Of a DNA stretch of 16,733 nucleotides, positions 6,924 to 13,979 are shown one piece after another. The stretch is taken from IMG/VR virus record IMGVR_UViG_3300016476_000212, positions 1-16,733 of that record. One strand, 5' to 3'. Position numbers and translations under genes: made by a program. Source of the stretch: a virus. Numbering within the stretch: the first letter of the stretch is position 1; each line of letters starts with the position of its first letter. The notes beneath the pieces are model-generated. The model was not told the DNA's origin and searched no databases. It worked only from the letters and a program-made list of their open reading frames with translations.

Positions 6924-8524
6924 TGGCTATTGATACTTCACTATTTATCAACATCATAAGCCAGTTCAAAACCAAGGGCATCAAGGACGCTCAAAAGGGC
7001 TTTAGCACCCTTGACCGACGCACGGCATCACTTAATAAGAGCTTAGGCATCCTTGCCCGGCGTGTGGCTGTTTTTGAGACTTTGCGACGATCTTTTAACG
7101 CTTTTGTTGAGGACGACGCAGCAGCTCGCAGACTTAATACTACACTTAACAACCTTGGCTTATCTTTCTCGGCTTTAGGTGCTGAGTCCTATATAGCTAA
7201 CCTTGAGCGCACTACAGCCGTTTTAGACGATCAGTTACGCCCGGCCTTTGAGTCACTTGCTCGAGTTACTGGAGACTTTGAACAGACTCAAAGCATTCTT
7301 AACACGGCTTTAGATGTCGCTGCTGGTACTGGTCAGGATGTCGTTACAGTTTCCAAAGCCTTATCTCGGGCGTACGCAGGAAATACGACCTCGCTCTCAC
7401 GTCTAAATGCTGGTCTTACAAAAGCCGAATTAGCAACCGGAAACTTTGCCCTCATTCAAGACCGCCTTAACAGCTTATTCGCTGGCCAAGCAGCAGACCA
7501 GTTAGACACTTACCAAGGAAAAGTAAACCTTTTGCGCCTTGGCTTTAACAATGCGGCAGAGGCACTAGGCAAAGGCATCATTGACGGATTGACCGCACTT
7601 GGCGGCGGAGACGTTCGCAAGTCTGTTGATTTCATCGTAAAGGCAGCAGAAAAGATTGGTGATGCTTTCCGTTTTGTAGGCAAGAACATTGCTTTTCTCA
7701 AGGACATATTTACCACCAAAGACTTTTTCGGAGCCGAGACTCAATTAGAGTTGTTTGAGAAATACCGAAAGGCCGATGATCCTGCTCGAGTTAGGGCATC
7801 CGCTCGAGAGCGTCGCAAGGCACTTGAGGAAGAAAACAAGACGGCGGCCAAGCTAGCCCGGACACGCGCCAAGGACGCAGCAGCCCAAAAGAAGGCAGCA
7901 GCCGATCAAAAGAAAGCCGAGCAAGACAAGCTCAAGCTTCAGACTGCCGGACAACTATTTGATGATGAGCGAATCAGCATTGCAGCTGCTTTGCAGAATG
8001 AATCACTTGATCGCAACGAGATTCTTCGTCTTGAGCTTAAGAAAGCCCTGATTAATGAGAATGCAGACCGAGCAGAGAAGTTAGCCGGACAGCTGCGCGA
8101 TTCTCAACGTGAACTAGCAAGCCTTCAGGCGTTCAAGCTCGCTAACCCATTCCAAGAATGGGAAGACAGCCTTAACCGAGTCCGCGCTGGAGTTGCCAGC
8201 CTTGGGGTGCCGGTTGGTGGCGTTAGCTCGACCGGAACGTCACTTGGTCAGCAACAACCTTTAGCCGGTACTGGGCTAGATCCTTTTGCTGGAACTAATC
8301 TAGCTGGCGTAACAATGGACGACATTAGAGAAGGTTTCGGCGGCGGAGCTTTGGGGGACGTTATTGCCCAAAACGCACCACAGGCCAACGTAAACGTTTA
8401 TGTATCCGGAACCGGCGGCCTAGACGATCAAGCCAAGAAAGATGTAGTGGATGCTGTTATTGAGGCTTCATCGAATGGCTTTGCTACAGGCTGGTTTAGA
8501 ACGACCAACCGGGTGGCTCTGTGA
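6923..8524 (+). CDS. Tape measure protein
   Basis: 533 aa and the longest ORF, downstream of the chaperones. It is helical and Ala/Leu/Lys-rich with a coiled-coil stretch (AKDAAAQKKAAADQKKAEQDKLKLQ) and a Gly-rich C-terminal part. Confidence 0.8.
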   Translation: MAIDTSLFINIISQFKTKGIKDAQKGFSTLDRRTASLNKSLGILARRVAVFETLRRSFNAFVEDDAAARRLNTTLNNLGLSFSALGAESYIANLERTTAVLDDQLRPAFESLARVTGDFEQTQSILNTALDVAAGTGQDVVTVSKALSRAYAGNTTSLSRLNAGLTKAELATGNFALIQDRLNSLFAGQAADQLDTYQGKVNLLRLGFNNAAEALGKGIIDGLTALGGGDVRKSVDFIVKAAEKIGDAFRFVGKNIAFLKDIFTTKDFFGAETQLELFEKYRKADDPARVRASARERRKALEEENKTAAKLARTRAKDAAAQKKAAADQKKAEQDKLKLQTAGQLFDDERISIAAALQNESLDRNEILRLELKKALINENADRAEKLAGQLRDSQRELASLQAFKLANPFQEWEDSLNRVRAGVASLGVPVGGVSSTGTSLGQQQPLAGTGLDPFAGTNLAGVTMDDIREGFGGGALGDVIAQNAPQANVNVYVSGTGGLDDQAKKDVVDAVIEASSNGFATGWFRTTNRVAL

Positions 8525-9756
8525 CCTACCCAATAAGCCTTACAGTCTCGTTTGATTTCTCTAGCGGCCCTAACTTTGACCCACCTTTCCAGATTGGCAT
8601 TAGCCAACTTGGGATTGGTGTTATGGGTGCAGGTGGTACAGCCTCACAGGTAGTGGACTTAACGAGCCAGACCATCAGCATCAACATCAGGCGAGGCCGT
8701 GACCTTTCTCAAGACCGGTTTAACGCTGGCTCTTGCATCGTCCGCGTCGTTGATCCGAATGGCGACTGGAACCCTCAAAACCCATCAAGCCCTTATTTTG
8801 GCCTTCTACAGCCCCTTAGGAAGCTTATCGTTACCGGGACATATAACGGAACCCCCTACCCTCTATTCGCCGGTTATACGCTCTCCTATGCCTATTCTTA
8901 CCCTAAGAATGAGGAGTTCGGTTACGTTGATATTCAATGCACCGATGCCTTCACCTTGTTCAACAAGTCAGCCATTACCACAGTCACAGGCGGAACCGCT
9001 GGCCAGACCACCGGCGCACGCATCAACAAGATTCTCGACATGGTGGGATTCCCCGGCTCTCAGCGTGTTATTGATACCGGAGACGTAACAGTTCAAGCAG
9101 ACCCCGGAACCCTTCGCACAGTCCTTCAAGCCTTGCAGGATGTTGAGTTCACCGAGTATGGCGCAGTTTATGTAGATGCTCGAGGCGATGTCGTATTTCG
9201 TGAGCGCACCGATGCAGTCGAGACCTTAGGGGGTACGGCTACAGTCTTTGACCAGACGGGAAACATCCCCTACAAAGACCTCAAGTTTGCCTTTGACGAC
9301 AAGCTCATCTTCAATGTCGCCAATTTCCAGCGTGAAGGCGGCACAATGCAGACCGCTTTCGACCAAGACTCTATAGACACTTACTTTCCTCATGCCATCA
9401 CCAAAGAAAACCTCTTACATGAGACGGATGCGGACACCCTAGAACTGGCTCAGACCTATGTAGCCAACAGATCGGTGACCGATATCCGCATTGACTCCAT
9501 GACCCTCGACCTCACGACACCTAATTATCAGGCAGGTATTGAGGCGGCTTTGGGTCTAGATTTCTTCGCCCCGGTCGAAATCAGCAACATCCAGCCCGGC
9601 GGATCAACGATTACCAAAACCCTGCAAGTGTTCGGGGTTCAGCATCAAATCACGCCACGCAGCTGGCTTACTACCTTTACCACCGGGGAACCTATCCTCG
9701 AGGGTTTCATTATCGGAAATGCCGCCTATGGTATCCTAGGCGTTAGCAGATTATAG
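8521..9756 (+). CDS. Distal tail protein (Dit-like) / minor tail protein
   Basis: 411 aa. The GTG start overlaps the tape measure stop (GTGA). The N-terminal pattern INIRRGRDLSQDRFNAGSCIVRVVDPNGDWNP...LRKLIVTG...PLFAGY is typical of proteins encoded just after the tape measure. Confidence 0.6.
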   Translation: MTYPISLTVSFDFSSGPNFDPPFQIGISQLGIGVMGAGGTASQVVDLTSQTISINIRRGRDLSQDRFNAGSCIVRVVDPNGDWNPQNPSSPYFGLLQPLRKLIVTGTYNGTPYPLFAGYTLSYAYSYPKNEEFGYVDIQCTDAFTLFNKSAITTVTGGTAGQTTGARINKILDMVGFPGSQRVIDTGDVTVQADPGTLRTVLQALQDVEFTEYGAVYVDARGDVVFRERTDAVETLGGTATVFDQTGNIPYKDLKFAFDDKLIFNVANFQREGGTMQTAFDQDSIDTYFPHAITKENLLHETDADTLELAQTYVANRSVTDIRIDSMTLDLTTPNYQAGIEAALGLDFFAPVEISNIQPGGSTITKTLQVFGVQHQITPRSWLTTFTTGEPILEGFIIGNAAYGILGVSRL

Positions 9757-9765
9757 GAGAAATAC

Positions 9766-10155
9766 ATGGCAACAGGCTTTCCAGCATCTACCGGCGACGT
9801 TCTTACGGCGGCCATGTTCAATGAGCTTGTCGCGTACACCATTAACAGCCAGTCCGGTACGACCTATACCCTAGCCTCAACCGACCAATATCAAGCCCTT
9901 GTCGTTACCTCTAACGCATCTGCTAAGACTGTAAGCATCCCAACAGACGCAACTTATAACTTCCCTGTAGGCACAGCCATCACAATCCTCAATACCGGCA
10001 CAGCCGATACTACAGTCCAAGCCGTAACCTCTGGAACTACTACAGTCACCTCAGCCGGTGCGACTAGCGCACAGCCTAAGATTGGACAATATAAGGCAGC
10101 AGTAGCCATCAAGACCGCCGCTAACGCGTGGACAGTTGTCGGAGCTGTTGTCTAG
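9766..10155 (+). CDS. Small minor tail / fibre-like protein
   Basis: 129 aa with SD AGGAG upstream. The N-terminus GFPASTGDVLTAAMFNEL and the Thr/Ala/Ser-rich beta body ending AANAWTVVGAVV resemble short phage tail-tip proteins. Confidence 0.45.
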   Translation: MATGFPASTGDVLTAAMFNELVAYTINSQSGTTYTLASTDQYQALVVTSNASAKTVSIPTDATYNFPVGTAITILNTGTADTTVQAVTSGTTTVTSAGATSAQPKIGQYKAAVAIKTAANAWTVVGAVV

Positions 10156-10718
10156 TGATCGGAAATCTATCCGCTGCTATCTTTACGCCGGGAGCAACCA
10201 TTGGCGATTTTGAGTCTATTGCGACTGTAACCGCTACCGGTTCAAGCTCAACGATTTTATTTACAGGCATTCCAAACACCTTCCAGCACCTTCAAATGAG
10301 ATTTATTGTGCGAGACAACAACACATCGAGCGATAATGGTGTAAATGTTCGCGTTGGCAACGGCTCCATAGATTCAGGGGCTAATTACTCGTTTCACAGA
10401 TTACGAGGTAATGGAGCATCCGCCAGCGCAGACGGCTACGCTTCACAGACTGCTGGAAACCTTGTTACCGCATCAGCTAGTGCAACAGCAGACTCTTACT
10501 CGGTGGGTGTTATTGATTTCCTAGACTACCGCGATACAAACAAATATAAGACTTTTAGGAATCTTCATGGTTACGATTTTAACGGAAGCGGAAGCGTCTG
10601 GATGATTTCTAGCCTTTGGATGAGCACTAGCGCAATTAACCAAATTGAGTTTTCAATTGGTGGCGGCAAGGTATTTACCAATAAATCAGTTTTTGCCCTC
10701 TACGGAATCAAAGGTTAA
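10155..10718 (+). CDS. Putative receptor-binding/tail fibre protein, paralog 1 of 3
   Basis: The GTG start overlaps the upstream TAG (taGTG). The ORF track's longer start (GTG at 10128) is also possible. It shares with paralogs 2 and 3 the motifs (F/Y)ExIAT, F(T/S)xI(P/S)xx(F/Y)xxL, NYS..LRG(N/D)G, (D/N/S)Yxx(T/S)xxK and the C-terminal LYGIK. Confidence 0.6.
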   Translation: MIGNLSAAIFTPGATIGDFESIATVTATGSSSTILFTGIPNTFQHLQMRFIVRDNNTSSDNGVNVRVGNGSIDSGANYSFHRLRGNGASASADGYASQTAGNLVTASASATADSYSVGVIDFLDYRDTNKYKTFRNLHGYDFNGSGSVWMISSLWMSTSAINQIEFSIGGGKVFTNKSVFALYGIKG

Positions 10719-10721
10719 CCC

Positions 10722-11210
10722 ATGCCAGCTACCTATGAACCGATAGCGACGACGACGCTAACCAGCGCACAAAGCAGTGTGACTTTTTCTGCAATAAGTG
10801 GAAGCTATACGGATATTGTTTTAGTCTGGTCTGGCACTCTAACGACGGGAACTAGTGTCTGGGGTCTGCAATATAATTCAGACACAGCAAGCAACTATTC
10901 ATGGACTTCACTTCGTGGCGACGGATCAAGCGCAACTAGCGCACGCGATAGCGGCTCGACTCGTATCCTTTGCGGATGGATTGGAACTAGCCAGACCATC
11001 GAAATCGTGCAGATTATGAACTACTCAAACACGACGACAAACAAGACCAACATCGCACGCAATAACTCAACCGCCACCTCAACCTATGTAAGCGCGAATG
11101 TCGGGTTATGGCGTAGCACTTCCGCCATCACTTCCATCACAATTAAGACAGATTCCTCTACTTTTACCTCCGGCTCCACCTTCACCCTCTACGGAATCAA
11201 GGCGGCCTAA
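10722..11210 (+). CDS. Putative receptor-binding/tail fibre protein, paralog 2 of 3
   Basis: 162 aa. It starts MPATYEPIATTTLT and ends FTLYGIKAA. It is Ser/Thr/Asn-rich. Confidence 0.6.
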   Translation: MPATYEPIATTTLTSAQSSVTFSAISGSYTDIVLVWSGTLTTGTSVWGLQYNSDTASNYSWTSLRGDGSSATSARDSGSTRILCGWIGTSQTIEIVQIMNYSNTTTNKTNIARNNSTATSTYVSANVGLWRSTSAITSITIKTDSSTFTSGSTFTLYGIKAA

Positions 11211-11211
11211 C

Positions 11212-11724
11212 ATGCCAGTAACCTATAAGAAGATTGCGAGTGTTACAGTAACAGGGTCAACCGCCGCCAATATGGAATTTACGAGCATTCCGTCAACCTA
11301 TGATGATTTGATTTTACACATCTCAGCAAGATCAAACCGTGGAACAGCCGAGGATGGTCTAGGGCTCAGGCTGAATAGCATTACTACCGGATATACCTAC
11401 CGCAATTTGACTTCCAATGGTTCAACAGTTGCGAGCGCAAACACAAACTTTGAGCAAATCTGGGCGAGCCGAATTCCAGCATCAACCGTGACCGCGAACA
11501 CTTTCGGAAGCGTTATGGTTTATTTACCGTCCTACGCTGGTAGCACCGCAAAATCTTATTACACCGATGGCGTTACCGAAAACAACGGAACTGAGGCGTA
11601 TATGGTTTTGGAAGCAATTACAAACACTACCACCGCTGCCATTTCAAGCATCACGCTTACCTCGATCAATGCGAGCCTCGTTCAGTATTCCACCGCAACG
11701 CTTTACGGAATCAAACGATCCTAA
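11212..11724 (+). CDS. Putative receptor-binding/tail fibre protein, paralog 3 of 3
   Basis: The internal ATG at 11212, one nt after the paralog 2 stop, gives MPVTYKKIASVTVT...ATLYGIKRS (170 aa). The ORF-track start at 11098 would add a Pro-rich extension lying entirely inside paralog 2. Confidence 0.6.
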   Translation: MPVTYKKIASVTVTGSTAANMEFTSIPSTYDDLILHISARSNRGTAEDGLGLRLNSITTGYTYRNLTSNGSTVASANTNFEQIWASRIPASTVTANTFGSVMVYLPSYAGSTAKSYYTDGVTENNGTEAYMVLEAITNTTTAAISSITLTSINASLVQYSTATLYGIKRS

Positions 11725-11733
11725 GGAGACAAT

Positions 11734-11949
11734 ATGGAAACCAAGCTCGTAGTTGATTGCTCCACAGGAGTAGTCGAGGAAGTAGCACTTACCGAGGAAG
11801 AATTGGCACAGCGTGAAGCAGACCGCATCGCGTTTGAGGAAGCGGAAGCGGCTCGACTTGCTAAGGAAGCTGAGAAGGCGGCTAAGAAGGCTGAACTCCT
11901 CGCCAAGCTGGGATTGACGGAAGATGACGCGAAGCTTCTCCTCTCCTAA
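11734..11949 (+). CDS. Small acidic coiled-coil protein, hypothetical
   Basis: 71 aa with SD AAGGAG upstream. It contains the EEELAQREADRIAFEEAEAARLAKEAEKAAKKAELLAKLGLTEDDAKLLLS helix. It lies between the fibre genes and the lysin. Confidence 0.5.
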   Translation: METKLVVDCSTGVVEEVALTEEELAQREADRIAFEEAEAARLAKEAEKAAKKAELLAKLGLTEDDAKLLLS

Positions 11950-12364
11950 GCTGTGTAAAGCCGGAATTCAACTCAGAGAGCAATTAGATGACTCGTTTCC
12001 GGAGCGTCGAAGGCCGGATGGATGGGTTGCCGATGCCCGGCACTATCGCGACAATCCTAGCTCTGACCATATCCCGGATGCAGAGGGATGGGTTCGTGCC
12101 TTGGATGTATCAGCTGAGCTGGGATTCGGCGAGCAAATGCATGACTTGGCTAATCAGCTTCGAATACATGCCAAGCGAGGCGATAAGAGGATCGCTTACA
12201 TCATCTTCGACGGTCGAATATGTTCACCATTATTCAAGTGGCGATGGCGAAAGTACCGTGGGGCTAACCCTCATCGAGCCCACATGCACATAAGTTTCAC
12301 CAAAAAGGGCGACCAAGACGGCCGCTTCTTTAACGTACCAATGCTAGGGGGCGACCTTGTCTGA
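11924..12364 (+). CDS. Putative endolysin, LAS/M15-type zinc peptidase-like
   Basis: 146 aa. SSDHIPDAEGWVRALDVS (His...Asp) plus NPHRAHMHISF (HxH) resemble the metal-ligand motifs of the LAS (VanY / L-Ala-D-Glu peptidase) superfamily. A holin candidate follows directly. Confidence 0.55.
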   Translation: MTRSFSSPKLCKAGIQLREQLDDSFPERRRPDGWVADARHYRDNPSSDHIPDAEGWVRALDVSAELGFGEQMHDLANQLRIHAKRGDKRIAYIIFDGRICSPLFKWRWRKYRGANPHRAHMHISFTKKGDQDGRFFNVPMLGGDLV

Positions 12365-12518
12365 CCAGACAAAAACCTATTTACAACATCCGGCTGTTTT
12401 GGCCTCTGGAGCTTTCCTTGCTGCCTGGGCAGCTACTAACTTTGAGCTGGACTACCGAGCCGTCCTATGGGCTGTGGTATCAGGTGTCTTTGGATACGCC
12501 AAGCCCTATAAGAAGTGA
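12357..12518 (+). CDS. Putative holin (53 aa, two TM segments), TTG start
   Basis: This is my own translation. TTG at 12357 is preceded by AGGGGG (12345-12350) at 6-nt spacing. The product is LSDQTKTYLQHPAVLASGAFLAAWAATNFELDYRAVLWAVVSGVFGYAKPYKK. It has two hydrophobic stretches and a basic C-terminus. The stop TGA (12516-12518) overlaps the next GTG start. It is below the ORF-track size cut-off. Confidence 0.5.
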   Translation: MSDQTKTYLQHPAVLASGAFLAAWAATNFELDYRAVLWAVVSGVFGYAKPYKK

Positions 12519-12790
12519 GGGCGGCGGAATGGGTCGGACTGATTGCTGGTCTGACCGCGATACTTGGTGCGTTTGTAGCCGCCTTACGATGGACGGTTCA
12601 CCAATTTGTTTTAGAGCTCAGTCATCAGTTCACGACACGGATGGACAAAATCGAGTACGACATTAGCGTGTTGTCCTCAAGACAGTCAGACATCTATGGA
12701 AAACTTATGCACGAAAGGGGCGGACGTGGCTCGAAAGAAGACAAAAGCGCAAAAGCTCGCAAGCCTACGCGCAAAAGAGCGAGCCGCTAA
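12515..12790 (+). CDS. Membrane protein of the lysis cassette (N-terminal TM, basic C-terminus); second holin or lysis regulator candidate
   Basis: 91 aa with a GTG start in a GTGA overlap. WVGLIAGLTAILGAFVAALRW is a clear TM helix. The C-terminus is KEDKSAKARKPTRKRASR. Confidence 0.5.
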   Translation: MRAAEWVGLIAGLTAILGAFVAALRWTVHQFVLELSHQFTTRMDKIEYDISVLSSRQSDIYGKLMHERGGRGSKEDKSAKARKPTRKRASR

Positions 12791-12980
12791 ACGCACGAAA
12801 CCAATCACCAAGCTAGACGAGTGGGCGATCAGTCTTTACGAGATGGCTGAATCACTCAAGCGAGCAGGGTTTGACGAGGCAACCGTTCAGGGCTGGATTA
12901 TTGACCAGCGACTACCGGAATGGATTTCACCGCCACCCGACGATCTAGATGATGATTTCGAGGAAGAGGAAGACTATTAA
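12726..12980 (+). CDS. Small DNA-binding-like protein (HTH, excisionase/MerR-like pattern) with an acidic C-terminal tail
   Basis: GTG at 12726 is preceded by AAAGGGG (12714-12720) at 5-nt spacing. The ORF-track ATG at 12696 is the alternative start. Features are a basic N-terminus, then LDEWAISLYEMAESLKRAGFDEATVQGWIIDQRLPEW, then DDLDDDFEEEEDY. Confidence 0.45.
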   Translation: MARKKTKAQKLASLRAKERAAKRTKPITKLDEWAISLYEMAESLKRAGFDEATVQGWIIDQRLPEWISPPPDDLDDDFEEEEDY

Positions 12981-13716
12981 GCGAATAGCTTTCGTACCTG
13001 ATCTTCAAGTCCCATTCCACAGCGAGCCAATGGTTAATTCCATGGCTCGCTTTCTTGTTAAGTGGAAGCCTCACCGCACCATCCAAATCGGCGATGAGAT
13101 AGACCTACCACAGCTGCGTAACGGAGCCAATGCCCTCGAGGAAGCCATGGGCAACATTGACGACGATCGGGCTTGGACTCAGGAGATTCTTGAACAGCTC
13201 GGCGTTACCGATGTGGTCGGTAGCAACCATGGCGCTCGCGTCTATAAGAGCCTCATGAACCGCCTACCAGCCTTCACCAAGCTCCCAGAGATGGCCTACC
13301 ACCGCTTTATGGGCTACGACAAAATGGGCATTAACTACCACCCTCAGGGCGTGGGATTTGCTCCGGGTTGGGTGGCTATCCATGGCGACACGGCTCCGCT
13401 ATCCAATAAGCCCGGCCAGAGTGCCCTTAATTCGGCTTTAAGAGCCGGTAAGAGCGTGGTTCAAGGGCATACCCATAGATTAGGTCTATCTTCGCATTCT
13501 GAGGCGTACAAAGGCAATTATGGCCGTATTCTGTGGGGTGTCGAAGTGGGCAACCTCGTGGACTTGTCCAGCCCCGGAATGGGCTACACCCGAGGCTATG
13601 CGAACTGGCAACCCGGGTTTGTCGTGGGCTACCTAGACGGCTCCAAGTTTTACCCTGTCCTCGTACCAATGAATCCGGACGGAACTTTCATATTTGAGGG
13701 CAAGAAGTACCGCTAA
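12949..13716 (+). CDS. Calcineurin-like metallophosphoesterase
   Basis: 255 aa with the ordered motif set VPDLQVPFH, IGDEID, GSNHG, IHGD and QGHTHR. This is the signature of the metallophosphoesterase superfamily. Confidence 0.75.
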   Translation: MMISRKRKTIKRIAFVPDLQVPFHSEPMVNSMARFLVKWKPHRTIQIGDEIDLPQLRNGANALEEAMGNIDDDRAWTQEILEQLGVTDVVGSNHGARVYKSLMNRLPAFTKLPEMAYHRFMGYDKMGINYHPQGVGFAPGWVAIHGDTAPLSNKPGQSALNSALRAGKSVVQGHTHRLGLSSHSEAYKGNYGRILWGVEVGNLVDLSSPGMGYTRGYANWQPGFVVGYLDGSKFYPVLVPMNPDGTFIFEGKKYR

Positions 13717-13736
13717 TCGTTATCAAATCGTTATCA
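13715..13736 (+). repeat. Perfect tandem 11-bp direct repeat AATCGTTATCA x2
   Basis: Read directly: 13715-13725 equals 13726-13736. It starts at the stop codon of the phosphoesterase gene, at the head of a 92-bp intergenic gap. Confidence 0.85.
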
Positions 13737-13780
13737 ACACACCGGGGTATCCGCCATCCTTAGGGCGTAGCCTTTGCCTA

Positions 13781-13795
13781 GTCCGAGACTCGGAC
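13781..13795. promoter_or_regulatory. Perfect palindrome GTCCGAG-A-CTCGGAC (operator-like or small hairpin)
   Basis: Read directly. It lies 13 nt upstream of the ATG at 13809 and just before the SD AGGAAAGGA. Confidence 0.5.
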
Positions 13796-13808
13796 AGGAA
13801 AGGAAATT

Positions 13809-13979
13809 ATGACCGCTATTGGCTTTGATCCGTTAGCGATTTACTACATTATCGCACTTATAGCTATCCCAATTCTGGGATTGCTTTACACAGCCATAAC
13901 TGAGAACTGGTACTGGAAAGGATTTAAGGATGGAAAACGACTCGCCGAAAACAATCACAGCGCAAGAAATACTCGATGA
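13809..13979 (+). CDS. Small membrane protein (56 aa, one TM), hypothetical
   Basis: This is my own translation. The ATG is preceded by AGGAAAGGA. The product is MTAIGFDPLAIYYIIALIAIPILGLLYTAITENWYWKGFKDGKRLAENNHSARNTR. It overlaps the next gene by 50 nt and is below the ORF-track size cut-off. Confidence 0.4.
   Translation: MTAIGFDPLAIYYIIALIAIPILGLLYTAITENWYWKGFKDGKRLAENNHSARNTR

Noticed and set aside
8699-9088. 129-aa alternative-frame ORF inside the Dit-like gene. Similar internal + strand ORFs occur at 1031-1219, 1566-1778, 3712-3921, 5541-5747, 11567-11752, 11988-12293, 12418-12666, 14274-14462, 14410-14601 and 15507-15716.
   Set aside because: All are embedded out of frame in stronger genes. 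They have no RBS, and their compositions (Pro/Ser/Arg/Leu/Cys-rich) are typical of off-frame translation.
10128-10154. Upstream GTG start for paralog 1
   Set aside because: The GTG at 10155 overlaps the upstream stop (TAGTG), as at other junctions in this genome. The extra nine residues (MDSCRSCCL) look non-native. This is not excluded, only less likely.
11098-11211. N-terminal 38-codon extension of paralog 3 proposed by the ORF track
   Set aside because: It lies wholly inside paralog 2 in another frame and encodes a Pro/Leu/Ser-rich string. The ATG at 11212 reproduces the MP(A/V)TY start seen in paralog 2.
10584-11850. 13-nt exact repeat GGAAGCGGAAGCG at 10584-10596 and 11838-11850
   Set aside because: It is a simple (GAAGCG)2 motif. 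One or two chance 13-mer matches are expected in a 16.7-kb sequence, and there is no flanking similarity.
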